Part shown: positions 27,516-37,467 of the stretch, in pieces
Numbering within the stretch: the first letter of the stretch is position 1
How the letters are laid out: every line of letters starts with the position of its first letter
DNA from: an uncultured delta proteobacterium
Lineage (GTDB): Bacteria > Desulfobacterota > Desulfobacteria > Desulfobacterales > JAFDCJ01
Direction: 5' to 3'
DNA: 64,000 nucleotides
Assembly: GCA_963769935.1 (NCBI GenBank)
Contig: CAVYNY010000007.1
Span: 192,001 to 256,000, forward strand
Position numbers and translations under genes: made by a program
The notes under the pieces: model-generated
The model's input: only the letters and a program-made list of their open reading frames with translations
Told to the model about the DNA's origin: nothing
The model's database searches: none

Positions 27516-27728
27516 TTTCCGGCGGGGCGGCCATGCAATTTAAATATTTCCTCAGACACTTAACTGAGCGATATCGACAATTTGTTGTCGATGTTGATTA
27601 ACCGCTGGCAGTTCTATGTATGAATGAACTAAAATTAAAAATGACTAAAATGAGCTAAAATTTTGGAATCCTATCGATTTAAAAAGACAGAATACCGCAA
27701 ATATTCAATATTCGATTTTCAATCTTCA

Positions 27729-29366
27729 ATGAAAAAGCGCAGGGCCTACCTTTTAATTTCTGTGATCATCGTCATACTGGCCGCCTGTGCTATGACGGAG
27801 ACGGCAGAGACACCGCAACCCGAAGTGGCCGACAAAAGCCTGCTGCCGCACAAGGTCGCTATTCTGCCGTTTGTCAATCAAACCTCCAATCCGAAAGCTG
27901 CCGCAGTTATGCGACGGATGTTTTACAATTTCTTCAGTTCTCTGAATTACCTGGATGTGGAACCCTCTTTCATCGATGAGAAGCTGGCCGGGACCGATGT
28001 TTATCAAAAAATCACGGCCGGCGAAGCTGTTTCCCCCCAGCAGCTGGGCCAAATGCTGGGCGTCGATGCCGTCGTGTTCGGTGAGGTTCTCAGCCTCGGT
28101 AAAGTTTATGCAGTATTATATTCCGATACGGAGGCCAGCCTCAGGGCCCGGCTGGTCAGCTGTCAATCCGGCCAAACCATTTGGGAGCTTGAACATACAG
28201 CGCACCTCAGAGAAGGGGACGTACCCTTAAGCATTACCGGGCTGGCCGCGGCGATTATCAAGACGGCTATCAGCCATGAAATGGCTGATGTCATGCAGGC
28301 TGCTTCCAAGCTCTGTATGCAGATGATTGCCACCATTCCCGACCGGCCGGCGCTCGCTGAATCTCCGCCTCGGATCCAGGTGATGGTTCACAACGGCGCC
28401 GGTACGCTCCTGCGGCCGGGGAGTCTTTTGAAAGTGGTCATGGTCGGTGATGAAAAAATGGAAGCCAGCTGGAGTGTCCCGCCCTTGATTGAAAATCTTG
28501 CGATGAAAGAAGATGAACCGGGAGTCTATTTTGCCAGCTATCGCATTAAACCGCAGGATCGGCTGCCATACGGCCGGCTGGTAGGTCATCTGCGATCAAA
28601 AAAAGGGCTCCAGAGCCAATGGGTGGATATTTTGGGACCGATAACGATCGGTGAACCGACCGTGCTGCCGTCGGTCATCTCCGGGGACCAGGTACTGGAG
28701 TCTTCGCAGAGTCCCTATCTGGTGAAAGATGCGCTGGTGGTGCTGCCCGGTGCGAAGCTCACGATGAATCCCGGCACGGTTGTATGGTTCCGTCGCATGG
28801 GAATCGTTGTAAAGGGCGAACTGAATATTATGGGATCGGCAGACAACCCGGTTCACCTGGCGGGTATGGGTGATTCCGGCTGGAAAGGGATCCTGCTGGA
28901 TCAGAGCCGGTCGGACAATGTTTTATCCTTCGCAACGATATCCAATGCTGAATTCGGATTCAAAGCCGCCGGCTCCAATGTTAAATTTCAGCATTGCCTT
29001 CTGCAGGAAAATAAATGGGGAATCGTGCTTGACAATACGTCAGCCGAAATACATGACAGCCTTATCCGCACCTCTGAAAAAACAGGCATCTCCGCGCGTA
29101 CGTCTCAACTGCTGGTAAAAGGATCAACCATCTCAGAGAATGGTTTTGGCGGATTTTTACTGGAAAATTCAACGGCCCGGATCGAGCAGAACAATATTTC
29201 AAATAACGGCAGCTGGGCCATTAAGGTAGTTCAGAGCCCGGGCCCAGTCGGCGCGGCCAATAACTGGTGGGGGAACAAAAATTTTGACCCGGAAACAATG
29301 ATTATCGGACCGGTGAAAATTCAGCCCACCCTGGCTAAACCTCCCGCGATCCAGATGCTGGAGTAA
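27729..29366 (+). CDS. DUF799/GNA1162-like lipoprotein fused to a right-handed beta-helix domain
   Basis: Lipobox LAAC; VAILPF.N...LGQMLGVDAVVFGEV; C-terminal parallel beta-helix repeats and ANNWWG. ATG 27729 preferred. Confidence 0.8.
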   Translation: MKKRRAYLLISVIIVILAACAMTETAETPQPEVADKSLLPHKVAILPFVNQTSNPKAAAVMRRMFYNFFSSLNYLDVEPSFIDEKLAGTDVYQKITAGEAVSPQQLGQMLGVDAVVFGEVLSLGKVYAVLYSDTEASLRARLVSCQSGQTIWELEHTAHLREGDVPLSITGLAAAIIKTAISHEMADVMQAASKLCMQMIATIPDRPALAESPPRIQVMVHNGAGTLLRPGSLLKVVMVGDEKMEASWSVPPLIENLAMKEDEPGVYFASYRIKPQDRLPYGRLVGHLRSKKGLQSQWVDILGPITIGEPTVLPSVISGDQVLESSQSPYLVKDALVVLPGAKLTMNPGTVVWFRRMGIVVKGELNIMGSADNPVHLAGMGDSGWKGILLDQSRSDNVLSFATISNAEFGFKAAGSNVKFQHCLLQENKWGIVLDNTSAEIHDSLIRTSEKTGISARTSQLLVKGSTISENGFGGFLLENSTARIEQNNISNNGSWAIKVVQSPGPVGAANNWWGNKNFDPETMIIGPVKIQPTLAKPPAIQMLE

Positions 29367-29387
29367 AGTATTCGAGCTCCACAATTT

Positions 29388-29427
29388 TTGCTCTAAAATT
29401 GAAAAACAGGTCCTCTGGGCTTGGATT
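29388..29427 (+). repeat. Degenerate third copy of the 39-bp palindromic intergenic repeat
   Basis: AAAATTGAAAAACAGGTCCTCTGGGCTTGGAT, between convergent genes. Confidence 0.55.
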
Positions 29428-29457
29428 CTTTACTTGAGCGCTTAACGGACAGAATAC

Positions 29458-30354
29458 TTAGGATTTGAAAAATTTGCCGAAAATTTTTTTAGCAACTTTA
29501 GGGGAAGCGGTGGTTTTGTTTTCAGCTGGCGGCGGGGTTTCCGGCGCCTGAGGAGGCACATCGGTTCTTTGCAATGGTGCGTCTTCAATTTCTGCCAGAC
29601 GGCCGGCGCCCAAAAACCGGAAGTTGGGTCCGTCGGCGCTCAGGGAGAGGCGACTTTCGGGCTGCAGTGCAGCTTGAGACGGCACGGGCGACCCATTGAT
29701 GGCAACCTGGTTTCGGCCGGTCAGATCTTTTACCCAATATTGTCCCTGATGGAAGAAAATCTGGGCGTGTTGCTCCAAAATACCGGGATGGTCGATGCTG
29801 AAATCACACGCCGGGTTCCGGCCGATGGTGACGGGCAGTTCCTTGAACGTACGCAGGGTCGGCCCATACTGAATGATCAGGGGCATCTTTGTTCTTTCGA
29901 TCTCCATTGCCGGAGCCGGCATCTCCGGCGGAGGCGGGGAAGGGGCCCGCGGAGTTTGAGGTTGAGAAGGCCGGGGCCGATTCATCCGGTCTGCTGGTAT
30001 TTCCGGAGTTTGCTGAAAATCCGCCGGTGATTCAGCAATTTTGGTCAGAAAACTGACTTTAGGCCCACCGTCGGCAAAAAGTAAAATATCGCCGTCTTTT
30101 AAGATTGCTTCGGTTATCCGTGTCCCGTTTAAAAACGTTCCGTTGGTGCTCTGATCAATTAATTTGAAACGATTGCCTTCCCTGACGATGCGAGCATGTT
30201 CGCGGGAAATGATGGCCAGATCTTTTGGGAAGCGCACATGGCAGGACGGCTGACGCCCGATGGATATTTCATTATCAGGAAATTCCTGAATTTCCCCCTT
30301 CATGGGACCCTGAATATGAACCAATTGCATAATAATGAGAGGTGCTTTTTTCAT
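29458..30354 (-). CDS. Soluble double-FHA protein with Pro-rich linker
   Basis: FHA1 IGRQ...ISREH...STNGT is intact; FHA2 IGRN...LEQH...GRNQV is degenerate. No TM. Confidence 0.9.
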   Translation of the reverse strand: MKKAPLIIMQLVHIQGPMKGEIQEFPDNEISIGRQPSCHVRFPKDLAIISREHARIVREGNRFKLIDQSTNGTFLNGTRITEAILKDGDILLFADGGPKVSFLTKIAESPADFQQTPEIPADRMNRPRPSQPQTPRAPSPPPPEMPAPAMEIERTKMPLIIQYGPTLRTFKELPVTIGRNPACDFSIDHPGILEQHAQIFFHQGQYWVKDLTGRNQVAINGSPVPSQAALQPESRLSLSADGPNFRFLGAGRLAEIEDAPLQRTDVPPQAPETPPPAENKTTASPKVAKKIFGKFFKS

Positions 30355-30518
30355 ATTCCCAATGATTCTCCATTTGGCTTGTCGGATTGAATGGCGCTTG
30401 CCTTTATCTGATAAAGTGCTTTAAAGTACCCCTCTCTGTCAAGAAAATAATGAAGAAGAGCTGACTGTCGGTCCCGTCCGGTCCGACAAATCATATAAAT
30501 ATTAACCCCAGGATTTAG

Positions 30519-31265
30519 GTGCAGATGACTATGCTGAACATTAATTTTGCTGGAAAAACCAACATCGGCCTCAAGCGAACCGCCAATGAGGACGTGTTTA
30601 TCATTGAAGGCCAACGGGGATTTTGCCTGGTAGCCGACGGTTTGGGTGGGGCCGCAGCTGGTGATGTAGCCAGCCGGTTTTTTGCCGAAGCAACGGCGGA
30701 AGTATTTCGGCAGGCCGCCGATTTGGATGAAGAAAATGTCGTCAAGCGAGTTCAGGAGTCTTTCCGCCTGGCCCATGATAAAATACGGGATCATATAAAG
30801 ATAAATCCCTTACACAATGGCATGGGGTGCACTGCCGAATTGTTGGCGTTTTCCGATCAAGGGTTTGTTGTCGGACATTTGGGGGACAGCCGGACATATC
30901 GTTTCAGAGACGGCCATTTGAAACAATTGACGCACGACCATTCCCTGGTTCAGGATCAACTTGACAAGGGGCTTATCGGCGAGGAAAAGGCCAGGCGGCA
31001 TCCCCTTAGAAACGTTATTCTCAAGGCAGTTGGTATCGAGGAGGATCTGGCCCTTGATTTGATCCGCGGGCGGACCTACCCCGAGGACCAATTCCTGCTC
31101 TGTTCGGATGGATTGACGGATATGGTCGAAGACGTTGCCATCGGCAAGGTCTTTAACTCACCGATCCCGGCCGGCAAAAAAGTAGACCAGCTCATTGATC
31201 TGGCGCTTGCCGGCGGCGGCAAGGACAATATAACCGTGGTTCTCATAGATATCAAAGGATCATGA
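30519..31265 (+). CDS. PP2C-family Ser/Thr phosphatase (Stp1/PrpC-like)
   Basis: R..NED, VADGLGG, HLGDSR.Y, DHS, LCSDGL and GGKDN. Confidence 0.95.
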   Translation: MQMTMLNINFAGKTNIGLKRTANEDVFIIEGQRGFCLVADGLGGAAAGDVASRFFAEATAEVFRQAADLDEENVVKRVQESFRLAHDKIRDHIKINPLHNGMGCTAELLAFSDQGFVVGHLGDSRTYRFRDGHLKQLTHDHSLVQDQLDKGLIGEEKARRHPLRNVILKAVGIEEDLALDLIRGRTYPEDQFLLCSDGLTDMVEDVAIGKVFNSPIPAGKKVDQLIDLALAGGGKDNITVVLIDIKGS

Positions 31266-31373
31266 GATTACTAAGTACATAGTTTCATAAATACGGTAAA
31301 CGTGTAATCTATTGAAGAGCTAACGACTATTGGATCTCACCACAAGGCACAAAGGACACGGAGTTAGATTTTC

Positions 31374-31446
31374 TTTTTGCCCATCGGGAGACCCGCCCGC
31401 CTCGCCTGAGCGAGAGCGATGGCGGGCAGGCGACGATGGGCAAAAA
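31374..31446. repeat. Nested palindromic intergenic element
   Basis: TTTTTGCCCATCG...CGATGGGCAAAAA outer stem with inner GCCCGCC/GGCGGGC stem. Confidence 0.7.
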
Positions 31447-31814
31447 AGGTCTGACCCTTCGGTGATAATTCTAAGCCTTAATCCGCTGGCAATGGCCGTA
31501 CGCCTATTAAGCGGATGCTTTTCGTTTGCCGTTGTCTCCCGGCAATCGAAAAAAATTTCATCTCAGGATAGCGGACGTTTACATTATTGGTTCTATTTAT
31601 CAAAATCCGACCAAGTTTCATTTAAATATTGATATACAGGATAAGATACCGCCAACTATCCAAGTCTTTATGTTCTGGCTATCATACAGAGCTTGGGTCG
31701 GTGAGCGAGGTTGGCACCTAATTCCAATCGCTGGCAGAATCCGAGGCTAAAACGAATAAGAGTTCCTAATCCAGACTCGCCGCTCTGCATGGTCTGAACC
31801 GGAAGGAAGCCGCT

Positions 31815-31985
31815 GGGCTTATGCGACCATTGGCTGAATCGCGCGGGTTCTTGGGCATGGACGTGACCATTTACAACCCAAACTTCGACCCGGACCGGCG
31901 CTATGCCGAGCAAATCATCAGCACTCTGGCTGATGTGTTGGCACCCCGCCCGTACCAGAACCATACAAGGAATGGTGCAGGATAG
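31815..31985 (+). pseudogene. Arginase-family C-terminal fragment
   Basis: Own translation GLMRPLAESRGFLGMDVTIYNPNFDPDRRYAEQIISTLADVL; no N-terminus. Confidence 0.5.
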
Positions 31986-32413
31986 CCTGTCGATTCAGGT
32001 GACAGCCAGGGCCAAGCCGTTCTTGAACTTTGTTGTAAATCGAAAATCATCAGTTTTTTATGAAGCAATATAAGTCCCCGCTGTCCGTGACATAATCGTT
32101 ATTATGCTAAGAATATTATGATTGAATTGAAAGAGCCGATCTATAATGATAAAGAATATCCGTATGTGAATCACATGAACATACTTCATGATTCATTACA
32201 GCTCATCGATGTTCAGTCATTAGTAAAAAAATGTACTGACAGGTGGTATAACTAAACGCTATGTCGGGTCAACGACTCGGTGGTGAGGCTTGGCAGATTG
32301 CAAGGAGAATATCATTGAGATAATCGAACGTATCTTTAAATAATCCAGTATCAAAGTGACCGGATCTGTCACGGGTGTGTGATAATATTCTTCCCAGCAA
32401 AGGAGAAAATTTT

Positions 32414-32602
32414 ATGCACACCGACCGGATGAAACCGCAGCCCATGAATGAAAGCCAGCTGGAGCATATCAAAAAACAGATCATCAAAACCTACCTGTAC
32501 CTTATAAGTCACACTGAACACGATCCAAAAGTGGTCGAGGTTATGAAATTATCCGCGCTGGCGGATGTGCAAAGAAGGTATGAGGCCAGGGAGCCCTGGT
32601 GA
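32414..32602 (+). CDS. Small hypothetical protein
   Basis: AGGAG RBS before ATG 32414; helical-looking 62-aa product. Confidence 0.5.
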   Translation: MHTDRMKPQPMNESQLEHIKKQIIKTYLYLISHTEHDPKVVEVMKLSALADVQRRYEAREPW

Positions 32603-32647
32603 CGTGAAACCTTCAGATACGCGATCTTAAACGTATCTTTTTATTTT

Positions 32648-32900
32648 AGTACACCCCGTATTTCTCAAGCGCTTCCCACATGGTGATGATGTTTGCGGGA
32701 GGGACGTCGGCCTGGATGTTGTGAATGGTGTTGAAGACGTAGCCGCCGCCTGGCGCCAAGGCCCCGATATTGCGGTGCACGTCGTCTTTAACTTCTTCGG
32801 CGTGCCTGAGGGCAGGGCCTCGTGGGTGTTCGCAGGGCTGCCCCAGAGCACCAGGTTCCGGCCGAAATCCCTCTTGAGAGCCTTCGGCTCCATGTCTTTG
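32648..32900 (-). pseudogene. Uroporphyrinogen decarboxylase/MtaA-family C-terminal fragment, frameshifted
   Basis: MEPKALKRDFG..LVLWG...LPSGTP then, in another frame, EEVKDDVHRNIGALAPGGGYVFNTIHNIQADVPPANI. Confidence 0.75.
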
Positions 32901-33117
32901 GCGCGAAGGTGAAATTGAATAAGTTGAGGCCGGCCTGTAGGTCCGACCGGCTGACTCGCTTAAACTCCTTTTTTTACCTTATAAGAATCGAGATTACTAA
33001 GTATCTCTGACATATTTCCAGGGACAATTTCATTATTTTATCCAGCTGCCAAATCTTCTAATTCTTCTGAAATTGCTTCATCGACAACGATTTTTTTCAT
33101 AACTAATAACTCATATC

Positions 33118-34218
33118 TCAGCGAAAGCTCTTTCGCACGGGTGTCCGCTTAAGCGGCAGTTGTACCGGTTTGCCGCCGGCCAGGGCTGAGCGGTAGATGG
33201 CCAGGATAATCTCAAGGGACTTGCGGGCTTCCGGCCCATCTATCAGGGGTTTTTGACCGGCTTTGAGCGAGCGGACGGCGTCTTCGAAATTTTTCAGATG
33301 TCCGCTGAAATCAATAGCCTTGGGGTCGGCGGCACCGGCACCAGCCTCTTCGGCCCGGGTCCGGAATTTTTGCAGTATTTTTTTGTCCCCAGGTTTTTTC
33401 TTCTTGAATTCCCACATCGTGAAGGAATTATCCCGCATGAAGATCGATCCCTCCGAACCGCACAGATGAACTTCGGCCGGGTGACCGGTCGGCGAGAAGC
33501 AGGATGTGGAGCCCTCGATGACTCCCAGAGCACCATTTTTAAATTTTACTATGGCAACCGCATTGTCTTCGGTCTCGATCCTTTCATGAATGGCGCGATC
33601 CGCAAAGGCACAAACGGACTCAACCTCACCGGCCAGATAGTACAACAGATCGATGGTGTGAATGGATTGGTTCATCAGAGCCCCGCCGCCGTCCAGCAGC
33701 CAGGTCCCCCGCCAATCGCCGCTGTCGTAATATGCCTGGGTGCGGTACCACTTGATGTAGGCATCCGCCAGGGTGATTTTGCCCAGGCGCCCGGCTACGA
33801 CGGCCTGCCTGAGCACCGCGGTGGCCTCGTTGAATCGGCGTGGAAAGATGCCGGCCAGCATGACCTTGTTTTCGCTGCAGACCCGGATCATGCGGTCAAC
33901 CCGTTCCAGGGTCACCTCCAGCGGCTTTTCGCAAATAATGTGTTTGCCGGCTCGGGCCGCCTGTTCGCAGGGCTCCAGGTGCGCTCCGCTGGGTGTGGCA
34001 ATGGTCACAATATCCAATCCGGGATGGGCCAGAAACGCCCTGTAATCCTGATAAGAGGTGCAGTCATGTGCTTGGGCGACCCGATCCGCGTTGGCTTTGC
34101 TGCGTGAAAAGACACAGGCCAGGTACCCGCCCTTCATGGCTTCAATTGCCCGGGCATGAAAATCAGCGATCATCCCGCAGCCGACAATACCGAAACCATA
34201 ACCGCCTTTTTTTGCCAT
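33118..34218 (-). CDS. Gfo/Idh/MocA family oxidoreductase
   Basis: GIVGCGMIA, CEKP and GGGALMNQSIHTID. Confidence 0.92.
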   Translation of the reverse strand: MAKKGGYGFGIVGCGMIADFHARAIEAMKGGYLACVFSRSKANADRVAQAHDCTSYQDYRAFLAHPGLDIVTIATPSGAHLEPCEQAARAGKHIICEKPLEVTLERVDRMIRVCSENKVMLAGIFPRRFNEATAVLRQAVVAGRLGKITLADAYIKWYRTQAYYDSGDWRGTWLLDGGGALMNQSIHTIDLLYYLAGEVESVCAFADRAIHERIETEDNAVAIVKFKNGALGVIEGSTSCFSPTGHPAEVHLCGSEGSIFMRDNSFTMWEFKKKKPGDKKILQKFRTRAEEAGAGAADPKAIDFSGHLKNFEDAVRSLKAGQKPLIDGPEARKSLEIILAIYRSALAGGKPVQLPLKRTPVRKSFR

Positions 34219-34236
34219 GACGTCCTCCCCCCTTTA

Positions 34237-34286
34237 AAAATGCCTAAAATGCCTAAAATGCCTAAATTGTCTAAAATGCCTAAAAT
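34237..34286 (+). repeat. 9-bp tandem repeat (AAAATGCCT) ~5.5 copies, intergenic
   Basis: Seen directly in the sequence. Confidence 0.9.
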
Positions 34287-34313
34287 TAATGCATCCTTTC
34301 TCCTTTATCCTTT

Positions 34314-35606
34314 TCAATGCAGCATCTCAAAAGGCGACGCAAGGGCTTTGGTCCTGGCGTTCGCCAGCAGGGTGTACTTGGCGATGGTGCAGGCACGATG
34401 CCCCGGAGATTCGATGCCTTTATCCAGTTGCTCGATAAATGCGTCGCGCACCCGGTAGAAATGCTGCTCATGGGTTGTTCTTATATTGTCGGGAATCTGA
34501 ATCAAGTAGGCATTTTTTTCCGGGGTCGTCGAAAGGCCCGGATACCTGTCAGACCATGTTGTCAGGCATCGCTGAACGGCTTCCTCAACCTGCTCTCTGT
34601 TTTCCCGCGGCACAATTAGAAGCTCGGTTTTAAAGTCTTTTTCCGGCAACTGGCGGATCATAAGGTCGGAACGAGTGCCTTTGATGAGAGATCGATGGGT
34701 GTCTCTACCCCCGGGCGGCTCGTCCAGGTACCAGATTTCCCGCAGATAAACCGGTACGCCCCTGATGCGGTAAATCAATTCGCCGTTGCAAAAATAGTCC
34801 AGGACATCATCTTTCACATATTCACGAATATCCTGTGGAAAGTGATCGGTGCCTGTGATCTTTGCGAACTTATCCAGGGGAACCCTGGTTGCCCAGCGTC
34901 GGGCTTCTACCAGTTCAATATCTTTTTCATAATCGATAGCCGTGGCGGGAAACAGCATCCATTGGGTCATGTCCACCAGGTGAATGGTGGTATCGACAAG
35001 GCCTTCACCCTGGACATCGATATCAAAATACCAGGCCGGTCGCACCAGGGGTCTTGCATTGACAATCTTGTAAAGATGATGGACACATTCTTTGAAGACC
35101 GAAGGGCTGGTGTCTTTTTCGATTCGAATTTTTCCAAAAACTTTTTCTTCCTTCATAAATTCTTTTTGAAGCAGGGTAGCAATTTCGTAGCGTTCGGTCA
35201 TGATATCCGCCGCCAGGGGGCGATCGGGTGCCAGGGCCGATCGCAAAAAAGGCAGCGCCGCCTCGGTTGTTACCCATGGTTTATCTGCTAATATCGCAAA
35301 CCCTGCCTGGCTCAAGGCATCGATGTTTTTCATCTTGGTGTTGTTGCGGCCGGCCAGAACGACGATATCTCCCTTTTTTTCATCAATTAATTTTTCAAGA
35401 CTGTCTTTTCCGCGGTAGACGCTCATTCGCCAGCGGGTGGGGTTGACCTGTCGGTTGTTGAAGGCTTCAGCAATCTCCAAAAAGCGATCCAGATCCGGCC
35501 CCGGTTCCGAATACACATGGATATCATCGGAGAGACTTGGATGACGTTCACGCAATACCAGGGCGGCGTGGAAGTGACCGGGATTTAGTATGAGGAGTTT
35601 ATGCAT
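34314..35606 (-). CDS. Putative oxidoreductase (Oxidoreduct_C-like family)
   Basis: PGHFHAALV, LADKPW, DIMTERYE and QGEGLVD...HLVD patterns. Confidence 0.75.
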   Translation of the reverse strand: MHKLLILNPGHFHAALVLRERHPSLSDDIHVYSEPGPDLDRFLEIAEAFNNRQVNPTRWRMSVYRGKDSLEKLIDEKKGDIVVLAGRNNTKMKNIDALSQAGFAILADKPWVTTEAALPFLRSALAPDRPLAADIMTERYEIATLLQKEFMKEEKVFGKIRIEKDTSPSVFKECVHHLYKIVNARPLVRPAWYFDIDVQGEGLVDTTIHLVDMTQWMLFPATAIDYEKDIELVEARRWATRVPLDKFAKITGTDHFPQDIREYVKDDVLDYFCNGELIYRIRGVPVYLREIWYLDEPPGGRDTHRSLIKGTRSDLMIRQLPEKDFKTELLIVPRENREQVEEAVQRCLTTWSDRYPGLSTTPEKNAYLIQIPDNIRTTHEQHFYRVRDAFIEQLDKGIESPGHRACTIAKYTLLANARTKALASPFEMLH

Positions 35607-35619
35607 GGTTGTATCCTTC

Positions 35620-36159
35620 TCATCTTTTCAACTCTGCCCGCATTATCCGATCGGCCTCCCGATAGGAATCCATGCTGCCGATGTCCAGTCGGGATGCATT
35701 CAATTTAAAGGCATATACTGCCTCGGTCTGGCACAAATAATCAATGAAATACCCTGGAGCATCGCTATTTGCAGAGCTGTTGACAAACGCTTCGAGCCTG
35801 GGCCGGGCCGAAGCCTGCAGGGAATACAGCGGTGGGCAGGACCACGTGGACTGCGGCCGGCCCGGCTTTTCGTGCTGGCGAATCACCCGGTCCTGCGCGT
35901 CCAGTTCAAGTACGCCGGTTTTTTTCAGCTTACGCCTGTCCATCTCAGGCAGCGCCGCAACATAATGATGGCGACTCTGCAAAAATTGCCGGCAGAGGGG
36001 CTTGATGGAAAACCGGTAGATGTTATCGCCGGCGGAAACCAGGATCCTGGAGGTATCTGAAATATGCTTCAACACCAGTTGCAAATCGGCCGCTGCCCCC
36101 CGTCGACTTTCATTGGCTTCAGCGTCGTCATTGTAAATCTCAAATAATTTGCTTTTCAT
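35620..36159 (-). pseudogene. Sugar-phosphate nucleotidyltransferase, 5'-truncated
   Basis: AGDN, EKP, DAPG and DIG motifs present; the N-terminal LAAGxGTR motif is absent. Confidence 0.7.
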
Positions 36160-36568
36160 GGCAAGTCAATGCCAAAAAACAAAGGTGAATTTGCCCAAAC
36201 GTTGCTTAAGTCTGCTTAACTCTTCATGTGGGGTAGACGGAAGGCAGCCGATTTTCCCGGGACGATGCTGGATGCTGGATACTTGATGCTGGATATTGTG
36301 GAATTCGCCGAGTGTGGGATTCTGAAACATCCAGTATTTACATGATATCTGTTTAGAGACTGATTTTGATTCGAACTGCGAAAATGATTGAAAAAGATTT
36401 TTCCCTGTAATAAACACAGCAGACAGCTGATAACGCCGGTGAATCATAACGATCAATAAAGGAGGTGATCACAAAAACGCCCTTCATGTTTCCAACCGGA
36501 TGTATAATCCGAACCTATGACCGAGCCTTCTCACATTTTTCAGACACCTACTGCAAGAGGGGGACATC

Positions 36569-36985
36569 ATGAAAAGATCCTATTTGATTGCAATCGTACT
36601 CGCCGTTTTGCTGGCAATGCCGCTGGGCGCGGCCGCAAAAACCATCAAACTCACCGTCGCTGAAATCCACCCCCAAGATTATCCCACCACGCAAGGGTTG
36701 TTCAAATTCGCCGAACTGGTAAAGCAACGTTCCAAGGGAGAAATTATCGTCGATGTCAAATACGGCGGCCAGCTGGGGAAAGGCGAAAAGGAGGTTGTCG
36801 AGCAGGTGCAGTTCGGTGCGCTGGACATGGCCCGCATCAGCGTCTCACCGGTCACCGAGTTTGGGCCTTCACTGGAAGCTTTTGGCCTGCCCTACATCTG
36901 GGCCAGCCGCGATCATATGTGGAAGGTCTTGAACGGTCCGACCGGCCAGGGACTTTTAAAAGATGCGGCATTTCCCAGAAACTGA
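36569..36985 (+). pseudogene. dctP: TRAP substrate-binding protein, N-terminal fragment
   Basis: Signal peptide, [19 protein letters not shown] and LPY; terminates after ~132 homologous residues. Confidence 0.8.
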
Positions 36986-37450
36986 TCGTCATGGCCAATG
37001 TGTTTGTCGGCCGGATCCGGGGGGGCCTGGCCATGGTGAATGTCCTGGCATCCATGCTGTTCGGCGGGATATCCGGCTCCTCGGTGGCCGATACGTCCTC
37101 GATCGGCTCCATCCTGATTCCGATGATGCGAAAGGCCGGCTATGACAATGATTATTCGGTGGCCGTCACCATTTCTTCCTCCGTTCAGGGGGTTATCATA
37201 CCGCCGAGCCACAATGTGATCATCTATGCCCTGGCGGCCGGCTGGGTGACCGTGACCGTAAACGGAATTCAAACCCAGTTTTCGCTGTCCATCGGCAAGC
37301 TGTCTCTGGCCGGCGTCATCCCGGGAATTCTGGTGGGCATCACATTGATGGTCATTTCCTCCTATCTGGCCGTCAAACGCCGGTATCCGCAGGAAAAGCC
37401 CCTCAGCCCGAGGGAAAGCTTCTATAAAGTGGTCGACGGCGCTTTGGTGA
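36967..37450 (+). pseudogene. dctM: TRAP large permease, internal fragment
   Basis: [24 protein letters not shown]...IIPPS...AGVIPG. Confidence 0.85.
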
Positions 37451-37467
37451 CCAATTCCCTGATCCAT

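Noticed and set aside
9985..31265. Type VI secretion locus (suggested by kinase, PP2C and FHA genes)
   Set aside because: No TssB/C, Hcp, VgrG, ClpV, TssJLM or baseplate genes are recognisable in the window.
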